Source: an uncultured Planctomycetia bacterium (GTDB taxonomy: Bacteria > Omnitrophota > Gorgyraeia > Tantalellales > Tantalellaceae). Taken from it: a DNA stretch of 64,000 nucleotides. Position numbers and translations under genes: made by a program. The stretch spans positions 267,587 to 331,586 of the forward strand of contig CAZNEE010000001.1 of the NCBI GenBank assembly GCA_964572255.1. Reading direction: 5' to 3'. This document shows positions 19,027 to 28,341 of the stretch, one piece after another; position 1 is the stretch's first letter; each line of letters begins with the position of its first letter. The notes under the pieces were generated by a model. The model was not told the origin of the DNA. It was given only the letters and a program-made list of their open reading frames with translations, and did no database searches.

Positions 19027-20421
19027 ATGAAGATACGCAATGATGTACGAATAGCCGCTGTTTTAATGGCGGGAGATATTCTTGCCATTAATCTGGGTTT
19101 TCTCTTTTCATATTGGCTCAGGTTCAACTCAGGCCTTTTTAAGGTTTTTTACGGGGTACCTCACGTGAGCAGTTACTATAAAGTTCTTCCCATCCTGACC
19201 GTTATTTTCATATTCCTTATGCGTTCTGAAAGGCTTTATTCTGTCAGGTCACGCCTTTCGATCGTTGATGAGTTCTTTACTATCGTTAAAACCGTGACAA
19301 TAGGCATATTGATCTTCATGGCAGCTACTTTTATATACCGTGAATTCAATTTTTCACGGGGGATGCTGTTAGTATCATGGGCTGTTTTGATCCTTTTTTT
19401 AAGCGGGTGGAGATTCCTGGTAAACAGGATGAGGTTTGTTTTAAGAGAGCGTAATGGGAAAAGCCGGAATCTTCTTATAATAGGTGACGGATCAATGGCG
19501 GAACGTTTAGTGCAGCACATATCGAATGATCCCCATTGGGACTATAACATCAAGGGTATTGTGCGGACAGAAAATAGTACTTCCGGGAATATAGCCAGTG
19601 CTCCGATCCTAGGAAGCCTGAATGAACTTTCAAGCGTTATCGATAAAAATAATATAAATGAGATCATTCTTACTGAAACCGAAATGCCCCGATCAAAAAT
19701 AATGGATATCATTTTTGAATGCGAAAAGCGCATGGTTGAATTCCGGTTGGTGGCGGACCTCTTGGGTTTAGTTACATCCCAGGTGGACATGAGAACGATT
19801 GACGGCGTGCCGCTTCTGAGCCTGAAAGAATCGCCCCTGGCAGAAGGGTATAATGTGTTTTTGAAGAGGTTCATGGATATTATCGTATCAGCAAGCGGGT
19901 TAATAATACTTTCGCCGGTTTTTCTCGTTATTGCGGCATTGGTTAAATTGGGTTCTCCGGGCCCCGTGTTTTATTTCCAGAAAAGAATAGGCGAAGACGG
20001 CCGGCGTTTCGCTATGATAAAGTTCCGTACGATGATCGAAAATGCGGAAAAAGGCGTGGGGCGTGTATGGGCTCAGGAAAATGACCCCAGAAGGACAAAA
20101 TTAGGAACATTTTTAAGAAGATGTAATCTCGATGAACTGCCTCAGCTCATAAATGTTTTAAAAGGAGAGATGAGCCTTGTCGGCCCCAGGCCGGAGAGGC
20201 CGCATTTTGTCGGGAAATTCAAGGAAGATATCCCGAGGTACATGGCTCGTCACAAAATAAAGTCCGGCATGACCGGGTGGGCGCAGGTTAACGGACTCAG
20301 GGGGAATACATCGATAGAAGAGCGCACCAAGTATGATCTTTACTATATCGAGAATTGGTCGCTTGCGTTCGATCTGAAAATACTTTTAATGTCGGTATTC
20401 GCGATGAAGAACGCGTATTAG
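19027..20421 (+). CDS. Undecaprenyl-phosphate hexose-1-phosphate transferase (WbaP/bacterial sugar transferase family), the initiating enzyme
   Basis: N-terminal TM helices plus the C-terminal catalytic domain: GPRPERPHFV, KSGMTGWAQVNGLRG, LYYIENWSL. Confidence 0.8.
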   Translation: MKIRNDVRIAAVLMAGDILAINLGFLFSYWLRFNSGLFKVFYGVPHVSSYYKVLPILTVIFIFLMRSERLYSVRSRLSIVDEFFTIVKTVTIGILIFMAATFIYREFNFSRGMLLVSWAVLILFLSGWRFLVNRMRFVLRERNGKSRNLLIIGDGSMAERLVQHISNDPHWDYNIKGIVRTENSTSGNIASAPILGSLNELSSVIDKNNINEIILTETEMPRSKIMDIIFECEKRMVEFRLVADLLGLVTSQVDMRTIDGVPLLSLKESPLAEGYNVFLKRFMDIIVSASGLIILSPVFLVIAALVKLGSPGPVFYFQKRIGEDGRRFAMIKFRTMIENAEKGVGRVWAQENDPRRTKLGTFLRRCNLDELPQLINVLKGEMSLVGPRPERPHFVGKFKEDIPRYMARHKIKSGMTGWAQVNGLRGNTSIEERTKYDLYYIENWSLAFDLKILLMSVFAMKNAY

Positions 20422-20433
20422 TTTGGCAAAATC

Positions 20434-21636
20434 ATGGCAAAAGAAAAAATAATAAGTACTTGCGATAAAATAATAGAGTGGTGCTTTTATGCTTTGATCA
20501 TAGCTGTGACATTTTCGACTTCTCTTGTCGAAGTGCTCTCAAGCTTGATGATCCTGGCATGGCTCATCAAGAAAAATTCTGATAGAGATTTCAGTCAGTT
20601 AAACTCGGTTCCCGTTAAACTCTTGGCTCTATTTCTCTTTTGGAATATACTTTCCTGCATTAATAGCGGATATTTCAAGGAAAGCTTCAGGGGCATTTTT
20701 AAGTGGCTGGAATATTCTCTTTTGTTTGTCATTGCCGCGACAAGTTTGGACAGGAAGCCTATCGCGAGAAGATCTTTTTATACCGTGATAGTTGCCGTTA
20801 CCATCACTTGTTTGAACGGTATTTATCAGTATTTTGCGGGAGTCGATCTTCTCAGGCATAGAACCCTTACTCCGCACGACTACCTGCGCAGAATATCTTC
20901 CTCTTTTGTTCATCCGAATGATCTGGGATCATATATTCTGATCGCAAGTGTTATTTTGATCGCTTTTATATTGCTCTGGAGAGTCCATCTAAAGAAAAGA
21001 CTTCTTTTACTGATCCCTTTTGTTATTTCAATGGCGGCTTTATATCTCACTAAATCACGGGGCGCGTGGATGGCGTTTATTGCGGCAGTGCTTACCTTAG
21101 GCGCATTGATAAATAAAAAGACCATTGCCGCTTTTCTTGCGATACTTCTTGTGGTCTTTATAATGCTTCCTTACAGCGTGCAGGAACACATATTTAGTTT
21201 AGCGGACGCGAAAAGCGGAACCACGTGGGAGCGATTGATGTTATGGAAGGGGACCATCAATATGATAAGGGAACATCCTCTCCTGGGGTTCGGAGTCAAT
21301 ACGTATAGCAGGAATTTCCCGAAATTCAAACCGCCCGAGTATCCGGATGTCAGATATACTCATAATTCATATCTTCACATGGCGGCGGAGATCGGTATCC
21401 CGGGAATTCTTCTTTATCTTATTTTTTTAGTTTCCGTACTGATGTTTTCCCTCGTGGGAATATACCGCATGGCTGATGATGACAGAAAAGTTCTTGCGAT
21501 CGGACTTTTCGCGGGCCTTGTAGGTTTTACGTTTAATTGTGTGGTTGATACTCATCTCTATTCAGTGAACCTTGCAGTATTATTTCACCTGCTGTTAGGA
21601 TTTTGTTTTGCCATAAGTTATCATGCCCAGAAATAA
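20434..21636 (+). CDS. O-antigen ligase/polymerase family membrane protein (Wzy_C domain)
   Basis: About 10 TM helices. LTKSRGAWMAF and a periplasmic loop with HNSYLHMAAEIG match the WaaL/O-antigen ligase family. Confidence 0.6.
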   Translation: MAKEKIISTCDKIIEWCFYALIIAVTFSTSLVEVLSSLMILAWLIKKNSDRDFSQLNSVPVKLLALFLFWNILSCINSGYFKESFRGIFKWLEYSLLFVIAATSLDRKPIARRSFYTVIVAVTITCLNGIYQYFAGVDLLRHRTLTPHDYLRRISSSFVHPNDLGSYILIASVILIAFILLWRVHLKKRLLLLIPFVISMAALYLTKSRGAWMAFIAAVLTLGALINKKTIAAFLAILLVVFIMLPYSVQEHIFSLADAKSGTTWERLMLWKGTINMIREHPLLGFGVNTYSRNFPKFKPPEYPDVRYTHNSYLHMAAEIGIPGILLYLIFLVSVLMFSLVGIYRMADDDRKVLAIGLFAGLVGFTFNCVVDTHLYSVNLAVLFHLLLGFCFAISYHAQK

Positions 21637-22669
21637 TAAACCCCAAAACATTGTTTTAATAAGAACTGACCGTATCGGCGAGGTGCTTCTTTCTACCGTT
21701 GCAGTGGATGTAATAAAGAAGAGATTCCCTAACGCAAAGTTCACTTTTATTACTTCCGGCTATTCAAGGCCTCTTCTTGAAGACAGGAAAGACATTGCCG
21801 AAGTTTTGACCTTTGAAACAATGAAAAAGGCAAATCCGGTTTTCAAGGCCTTTCAGCTTACCTCAATGCTCCGCAAAAGACATTTTGATATCGCTGTTGT
21901 GTTCAATCCGCATAAAGCGCTTCACATGGCATGTTTTCTGGCGGGCATCCCGATACGCGTGGGGTATGACAGAAAATGGGGGGTTTTCCTTAACAGAAAA
22001 ATAGAAGATGAGCGGGATAAGGGAGAGAAGCATGAGATCGAGTACACGATGGATCTCTTGCGGCTTTTAGGCATTGAAGAGACTTCCGCCTCGCCGAGTT
22101 TGCCTGTAAGTGAAGTTTCCGAAAAGGAATTAGAGAATATTACGGAAAAAATAGGGATGGAATTCAATAAACCTTTGATCATTATTCATCCCGGAAGCAG
22201 TAATGCGGTAAAAATATGGCCTATAGAGCGTTACGTGGAACTTATCCGGAGGATAAAACAAAAAACGACTTGTTATATTGTCCTGATCGGGAGCAGGGAG
22301 GAGAAAGATCTTTCGGCGAGAATGGCGTTTGAATCCGGGGTGAAGGTCATCAATCTTACAGGGGCTTTGGATCTTAAGCAATTAGCGGCGCTTTTAAAAA
22401 GGGCAAGCCTGTTTATCGGCAACGACTCCGGCCCCATGCACATGGCGGCAGCTTTGGATGTGCCCGTTATCGCTATTTTCGGAAGAAATATCCCGGGTGT
22501 GAGTCCGACAAGATGGCGCCCATGGGGGACGAAACACATTGTATTCCATGAAGATTCCGGCTGTTTCCCATGCTATGATGCGGAGTGCCCTTATGAATAT
22601 AAATGTATAAGGGCCGTTACGGTTGATGCCGTATTTGAAGCTGTGCAAAAAATAATGTCTGAAAAATGA
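21623..22669 (+). CDS. Glycosyltransferase family 9 (heptosyltransferase-like)
   Basis: IVLIRTDRIGEVLLSTVAVDVIKKRFP and GNDSGPMHMAAALDVP motifs. Confidence 0.7.
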   Translation: MPRNNKPQNIVLIRTDRIGEVLLSTVAVDVIKKRFPNAKFTFITSGYSRPLLEDRKDIAEVLTFETMKKANPVFKAFQLTSMLRKRHFDIAVVFNPHKALHMACFLAGIPIRVGYDRKWGVFLNRKIEDERDKGEKHEIEYTMDLLRLLGIEETSASPSLPVSEVSEKELENITEKIGMEFNKPLIIIHPGSSNAVKIWPIERYVELIRRIKQKTTCYIVLIGSREEKDLSARMAFESGVKVINLTGALDLKQLAALLKRASLFIGNDSGPMHMAAALDVPVIAIFGRNIPGVSPTRWRPWGTKHIVFHEDSGCFPCYDAECPYEYKCIRAVTVDAVFEAVQKIMSEK

Positions 22670-23745
22670 AAAGAATCCTGATCGCGAACATATTCGGTAT
22701 AGGGGACGTGCTTTTTACCACGCCTTTGATCGCAAACCTCAAAAGGGCAGATGAGGGAGCGGAGGTCGGTTTTCTATGCAATGCCAGAGCTAAGGCGGTT
22801 TTAGAGAACAATCCCGATATAGATGAGATCTTTGTTTACGAAAAAGACGAGTTCGTGAAGTTATGGAAAGAATCAAAGATCAAGTGTTTGAAAGCGCTGA
22901 ATAATTTGTTTTCCGCGATAAGGAAGATGAAATATGATACAGTTTTTGATTTTACATTATCAAGAGAATTCGGTTTAGCTTTCCTGCTTGCGGGAATACC
23001 TAAAAGAATAGGACTGAATTACAAAAACAGAGGCTTTTTTCTCACCCGTAAATTGCCTCTTACCGGTTTTGCGAACCGGCATGTTATTGAACATTATCTG
23101 GATCTGTTAAAATTTGCGGGCGTAAATTCATTGGTAAGAGAGATGCGGCTGGATCCGAGCGGGGATGCTTTATTATGGGCAGCCGATTATTTGAGGGATA
23201 AGGGCATGAATGAGAGGCCCAGAATAGCCGTTATTCCGGGAGGAGGGGCAAGCTGGGGGGAACAAGCAGCCCGCAAAAGATGGGATGCCTCGGGTTTTGC
23301 CGGATGCGCGGATCTTCTTGCTATTGAAGGTTTTGATGTTTTGATACTCGGCGATAGTTCGGAGAAAGAACTTTGCGCGGAAGTTGCCGGAAAAATGAAT
23401 GAGGGATCTAAGGTTGTGGAAAACGGCCTGGAACTCGATAAATATATCGCGTTATTAGCTAGATGTGATCTTGTATTGTGCAATGATGGGGGCCCCTTAC
23501 ATATCGCGGTTGCCTTGGGCCGGAAAACAGTGTCTATTTTCGGTCCTGTTGATGACAGGGTTTACGGCCCTTATCCGTTATCATGGAAGCATAAAGTGAT
23601 AACTGCGGAGGAGACCCCTTGCAGGCCTTGTTACGACCGGTTTAAACTCCCGGAATGTGAGAATGAAAACAGGTGCCTTACCGATATTGATCCCGGAAGA
23701 GTCGCGGATGCCTGTTTGGGATTATTAAGCAAAAAGGAAAAATAA
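22666..23745 (+). CDS. Glycosyltransferase family 9 (heptosyltransferase-like)
   Basis: ILIANIFGIGDVLFTTPLIANLKR and CNDGGPLHIAVALG motifs. ATGA overlap. Confidence 0.7.
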   Translation: MKRILIANIFGIGDVLFTTPLIANLKRADEGAEVGFLCNARAKAVLENNPDIDEIFVYEKDEFVKLWKESKIKCLKALNNLFSAIRKMKYDTVFDFTLSREFGLAFLLAGIPKRIGLNYKNRGFFLTRKLPLTGFANRHVIEHYLDLLKFAGVNSLVREMRLDPSGDALLWAADYLRDKGMNERPRIAVIPGGGASWGEQAARKRWDASGFAGCADLLAIEGFDVLILGDSSEKELCAEVAGKMNEGSKVVENGLELDKYIALLARCDLVLCNDGGPLHIAVALGRKTVSIFGPVDDRVYGPYPLSWKHKVITAEETPCRPCYDRFKLPECENENRCLTDIDPGRVADACLGLLSKKEK

Positions 23746-25326
23746 ATGGCAAAGCCTCTGGTTAGCGCTGTCATAATAACAAAAAATGAGGAAGAAAATA
23801 TAGCCGATTGTCTTGAAAGTGTCTCCTGGGCCGGAGAGATCATTCTTGTCGATGATAACAGTACTGACAAGACAAGAGAGATCGCGAAGAAGTATACCGA
23901 TAAGATCTTTATCCGGAAGATGGAGAATGAAGGCAGACACAGGAACCGGGCATATGCACAGGCTTCCAATGATTGGATCTTAAGCGTAGACGCGGATGAA
24001 AGGGTGACGCCGGAACTTGCGCAGGAAATAACGGAGCTATTGAAAGGAAGACCGGAATATAAGGCGTATGCTATCCCGAGAAGGAATTGTATTGGCGATC
24101 ATTGGCTGAAATATGGAGGTGAATATCCCGCGCCCCAGACAAGATTATTCTTAAAAGATGAATTCAGGTACGAGGAGGCGGAGGTGCACCCCCGGGCACT
24201 CATGGAAGGGGATACGGGATATCTTAAAGGGGACCTTATTCACTATTCCCATCGGGATATTGAGGACTATGTCCGGAGCCTTGAAGGACATACGACACTT
24301 GAAGCTAAAAAATGGCATTCAAGCGGGCGAGAAATGAGTTTAGGGCGTGCGGTCTGGCGTGCTTTTGATAGGTGTTTTTACAGGCGTCTTTTGCGGAAAA
24401 AAGCGTATAAAGACGGGGTGTATGGCATAGTAGTTGCGGTGTTTAGTGGTATGTATCAGATATTGAGCTACGCTAAGTACTGGGCTAAGAAAAATAATCT
24501 GGAAGGGTTGAACGAGAAAGGACATCCCGCAAGGGAAGATAAACTGCCGCCTGAAGGCCGCAAGAAATTATCCGTAGTTATCATCGCTAAGAACGAGGAA
24601 GATAAAATACGGAATTGCCTCGAAAGTATCAAGTGGGTGGATGAGGTGGTGATCGTCGATGGCTTCAGCACTGATAAGACGGTAGAGATATGCGAAGAGT
24701 ATGGTGCCAAGGTCATTCAGCATAGATTTGAGGGGGATTTCGGCTTAGAGCGTAATATAGGAAACGAAAACTCATCAGGTGACTGGATCTTGCAGCTTGA
24801 CGCTGACGAAGTAGTTACGCAAGGTTTTAAGGATAAAATGGCAGAGATCCTTAAGGATGGGGATGAGTTTGCATCATATAAATTCCTTCGCAAAAACTCT
24901 TTTTTCGGGCATTTTATGATGCGGGGAGGATGGTACCATTATTCACATCATCTTTTCAAAAAGGGTTTTGCTCATTATGACGGGAAGGTACACCACCAGC
25001 TTATAGTAAACGGTAAAACAGGGTTATTGAAAGCTGATGTGGAACATTATCCTTTTCAGACTTTCAGTCAGCTCATCTCAAGACATAACCGTTATACAAC
25101 CCTTGAAGCCAAGGAGATCTTTGATCTGAGAGGCAGGATCAGTGAAAAAGAAGTACTGTATAACATAAAAGTGAAGCCTCTTAAACTTTTTTGGAAATTC
25201 TATGTCAAAAAGAAGGGCTTTACAGAAGGTACGCATGGAATCATCTTTTCAATATTTTTTGCTTGGGTGCATTTTCTGAAATGGGCGAAATATTGGGAAC
25301 TTTTGCAGGGGAAGAATGAAAGCTAA
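23746..25326 (+). CDS. Tandem double-domain glycosyltransferase family 2
   Basis: Two repeated GT-A modules: VSAVIITKNEEENIADCLESVSWAGEIILVDDNSTDKT and LSVVIIAKNEEDKIRNCLESIKWVDEVVIVDGFSTDKT. Confidence 0.7.
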   Translation: MAKPLVSAVIITKNEEENIADCLESVSWAGEIILVDDNSTDKTREIAKKYTDKIFIRKMENEGRHRNRAYAQASNDWILSVDADERVTPELAQEITELLKGRPEYKAYAIPRRNCIGDHWLKYGGEYPAPQTRLFLKDEFRYEEAEVHPRALMEGDTGYLKGDLIHYSHRDIEDYVRSLEGHTTLEAKKWHSSGREMSLGRAVWRAFDRCFYRRLLRKKAYKDGVYGIVVAVFSGMYQILSYAKYWAKKNNLEGLNEKGHPAREDKLPPEGRKKLSVVIIAKNEEDKIRNCLESIKWVDEVVIVDGFSTDKTVEICEEYGAKVIQHRFEGDFGLERNIGNENSSGDWILQLDADEVVTQGFKDKMAEILKDGDEFASYKFLRKNSFFGHFMMRGGWYHYSHHLFKKGFAHYDGKVHHQLIVNGKTGLLKADVEHYPFQTFSQLISRHNRYTTLEAKEIFDLRGRISEKEVLYNIKVKPLKLFWKFYVKKKGFTEGTHGIIFSIFFAWVHFLKWAKYWELLQGKNES

Positions 25327-26479
25327 ATGCGACATAATATTGCTTAGTTATGAAAGCCCGGAGCTTCTTAAAGAATGCGTTAAGAGCGTTCTTGAAAAGA
25401 CCAACGTTAATTCGCGGCTTATAATCGTGGACAACGCAAGCCGTGATCCTGAAGTCGCCAGGTATCTTCGCGAGGTTCACGGGAATGATACTGTTCAGAT
25501 CGAAAAAGTCTTCAGCGAAAGAAATGCGGGTTTTGCGGGAGGCATGAACAAGGGCATCAGGCTTTCCGATGCGCCTTATGTGTGTCTATTGAACAATGAT
25601 TGTGTCGTTACGAACGGATGGCTCAGGGAGATGATAAATATCGCTAAGTCGAGGAAGGACATAGGATTGGTTAACCCCCAGAGCAATACTTTTGGTTCAA
25701 AACCCAGAGAGGGCGTTTCTTTAGAAAAGCATGCTGAGACGCTTTCGGGAAGAAAAGGAAAGTTCGTTGAGCTCGGTCATGCGATCGGCTTTGCGTGTCT
25801 TGTAAAAAGAGAGGTAATAGACAAGATCGGGTATTTAGACGAAGCATACGAAGGCGTGTGTTATGAGGATACCGATTTTTCTGTCCGGGCCCAAAAGGTC
25901 GGGTATATTGCAGTCGCGGCCGAAGGGTCGTATGTTTTTCATCATGAACAATCTTCCAGAAAAGGCCTTAAGGGCAAAGAAATGATCTATAAGAAAAACA
26001 GAGAACTATTTGAAAAAAGATGGGGGAAGCTGTTAAGGGTTTTCTTCTTTGCCGATAGCTCTGTAAGCATGACCAATGGGGGCATCCTCGAATATTATGA
26101 GAATTTAAAAGACCTGGCCCGCCAAAGGGTCTTTATCGATCTATGGATAGAAAAGGATGAAACTGACAGGAACCTGTTCTTGGAGAAAGATTTCAAACCT
26201 GAAGTCAGCCATGCCGATATAGGGGTATATTTATTCGTAAACAAATGGATGTTTTTATCCGTATTATGGCGCGTTCTCACAAAAAAGAAAAAGTACGATG
26301 CGGTTATTCTTAAAGAGGGCAGACTTGCCGCTTTTTTAAGATTCTTGAGACCGATACACAGAGCGCAACTTTTTACCTTTGATGAAGGGACACGTCTCCA
26401 TGATCAGAAAGGGGAAAGGTTCGACCTTAAAGATCCCCTGGCATTGGCCGGTCACTTGAGAAAAATAAAGAAAAAATGA
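25316..26479 (+). CDS. Glycosyltransferase family 2
   Basis: DIILLSYESPELLKECVKSV...IIVDNASRD and CYEDTDFSVR motifs. Confidence 0.65.
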   Translation: MKAKCDIILLSYESPELLKECVKSVLEKTNVNSRLIIVDNASRDPEVARYLREVHGNDTVQIEKVFSERNAGFAGGMNKGIRLSDAPYVCLLNNDCVVTNGWLREMINIAKSRKDIGLVNPQSNTFGSKPREGVSLEKHAETLSGRKGKFVELGHAIGFACLVKREVIDKIGYLDEAYEGVCYEDTDFSVRAQKVGYIAVAAEGSYVFHHEQSSRKGLKGKEMIYKKNRELFEKRWGKLLRVFFFADSSVSMTNGGILEYYENLKDLARQRVFIDLWIEKDETDRNLFLEKDFKPEVSHADIGVYLFVNKWMFLSVLWRVLTKKKKYDAVILKEGRLAAFLRFLRPIHRAQLFTFDEGTRLHDQKGERFDLKDPLALAGHLRKIKKK

Positions 26480-26889
26480 AAAAGCAGCTTATATTTAAAA
26501 TAATACTTTCTGTATGGATCGTTCTTTGGATATTTTTCCTTGCACGGGAAGATAAGGACGGTCAATACAGGATGCTTAAATATTTTTATACGCATGATCC
26601 TCAAGAAAGGATACAGTATTTATTGGGGGATGATTTACATGATTTTCTTGTTTTTTGTAAAGCAAATATTTCTCATGGAGATGAATATGAGTTAATTGAT
26701 TTTGAGAATTCTTCGATAACACATGTAAGAGCAAGATATTTTTTATGGCCGCTGAAGAACCTTAAGGGAAATTCTGACTACAAGATTGTGTTGGACAAAA
26801 AGAATGTTGATATTCCAGGATACAGGGTTGTTAAACCAAAATCTGCTCTGCCCGGTTTATTGTTGATTAAAGAGGAGACAGGTAGATGA
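26476..26889 (+). CDS. Hypothetical protein with an N-terminal membrane anchor
   Basis: 137 aa with one N-terminal TM helix. ATGA-coupled to both neighbours. No recognisable domain. Confidence 0.4.
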   Translation: MKKQLIFKIILSVWIVLWIFFLAREDKDGQYRMLKYFYTHDPQERIQYLLGDDLHDFLVFCKANISHGDEYELIDFENSSITHVRARYFLWPLKNLKGNSDYKIVLDKKNVDIPGYRVVKPKSALPGLLLIKEETGR

Positions 26890-28271
26890 GCTTTATTCTT
26901 TCATTGTTTTTATTGTGGATAACCGGCGCTTTTCTTGTACTTTTTTTCGTAAAACGCCAACGCTACTGCTGCTCAATGTCAGAATTTTTGTCATTATCAT
27001 TTTTTCTGGGAACAGGCATAACGGTATATTATATGTTCATTTTCGGTCTTTTAGGGGTTAGTTATTGCATAAAAAATCTTTCCATCATCCCGGCAGCACT
27101 ATCTGTATTAATTTTGTCAAGGTACCTATTTAAGACGGGAAGAATCAGTGAGCCCGGCACAAGAGGTGTTCATAGTGAGCCCTGGAATTTAACAGAGAAA
27201 TTGCTGTTGACTGGAATAATCTTTCAGTTTTTATGGGTCATTTTTCTGGCTTTTCCAGTGCCTGTGCAGGCACACGATGCTGTTGCTAATTACGCTCTTA
27301 AGGCTAAGATTCTTTTCACTTTAAAAGGAAACTTTACCGAGATGTTTAGTCTAAGCGAAGATGCTGCGGGACACTTTGTTCATCCGCTATGGCTATCTGT
27401 GATTGTCAGCTGGGTAAATACTTTTACAGGAGGGGATGAATTTCTTGCTAACATGATAATGCCAACCATATATATTATGTTCGGAATTCTTCTATATTCT
27501 TTATTTAGGAAAATTTTTAACCGCGCTTATTCGCTGCTTCTATTGTTTGCATTTATTACAATTCATCAAATTTCAAATTATTCGGGGATAATTTATGCAG
27601 ACTTGCCGTTAACCGCATTTACAACATGCGCTTTCGTGTATTTCATACTTTATATTAAGAATGAGAACGAGACGCAAATGTTAATTTCATCTATACTGTT
27701 TGGGTTTTCATTGCTGATAAAGAACGAGGCGCTGATTTTTGTCGGCGGGTATTTATTTCTGTTTTTTATTTATGCCATAAAAAATAACGGGTTGAAGAGA
27801 AAGCTGATTTTCAGAAATTTAATTAGCGCAATTGCTGTAATATTGGCTATAAATGTTCCGTGGCTTATCATAAAAATAGTGCATGGCATCAGCAATCAAT
27901 ATATAGGGCTTACGGGATTAACCGCAGATAAATTTTTTGAGAACGTAAGACACATTCCGGTTCTCTTGAATTCGTTTCAACAAGAAGTTTTTGGTCCCAA
28001 AAAGTGGAATATCTTCTGGATACTTGTAATAGCAGGGGGGATATGGAAGAGGAGAATGCTGTGGAAGGACGAAATTTTCTACATAACATTATATTTAGTT
28101 ATTCTGATGGCTGGGTATGTCGCGGGATATATGGTTGTTAAAGTTCATAATTTATATTTTTACATAAACACGACTCTATCGCGGTTTATGATACATTTTT
28201 CAGGGATAACTTTGCTGCTTTTAGCTTTTTTATCAGCCAAGGACATTCGCGAACTTGAAAGTTTCAAATGA
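26886..28271 (+). CDS. Polytopic membrane protein, candidate GT-C-fold glycosyltransferase
   Basis: 461 aa with 11-13 TM helices. Sits immediately upstream of a GtrB/ArnC-like GT2. Confidence 0.35.
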   Translation: MSFILSLFLLWITGAFLVLFFVKRQRYCCSMSEFLSLSFFLGTGITVYYMFIFGLLGVSYCIKNLSIIPAALSVLILSRYLFKTGRISEPGTRGVHSEPWNLTEKLLLTGIIFQFLWVIFLAFPVPVQAHDAVANYALKAKILFTLKGNFTEMFSLSEDAAGHFVHPLWLSVIVSWVNTFTGGDEFLANMIMPTIYIMFGILLYSLFRKIFNRAYSLLLLFAFITIHQISNYSGIIYADLPLTAFTTCAFVYFILYIKNENETQMLISSILFGFSLLIKNEALIFVGGYLFLFFIYAIKNNGLKRKLIFRNLISAIAVILAINVPWLIIKIVHGISNQYIGLTGLTADKFFENVRHIPVLLNSFQQEVFGPKKWNIFWILVIAGGIWKRRMLWKDEIFYITLYLVILMAGYVAGYMVVKVHNLYFYINTTLSRFMIHFSGITLLLLAFLSAKDIRELESFK

Positions 28272-28341
28272 TTAAATTGATGTTTTTTTGGCGAAAATGC
28301 GGAAGTTATGTTTGCCAAAATAAAAGGAAAGGAGAGGCAGA

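Noticed and set aside
28272-28341. Weak inverted repeat (TTGGC...GCCAA) between the membrane protein and the GT2-methyltransferase fusion
   Set aside because: Only 5-bp arms with a 22-nt loop and no T-run. Not distinguishable from chance in AT-rich DNA.
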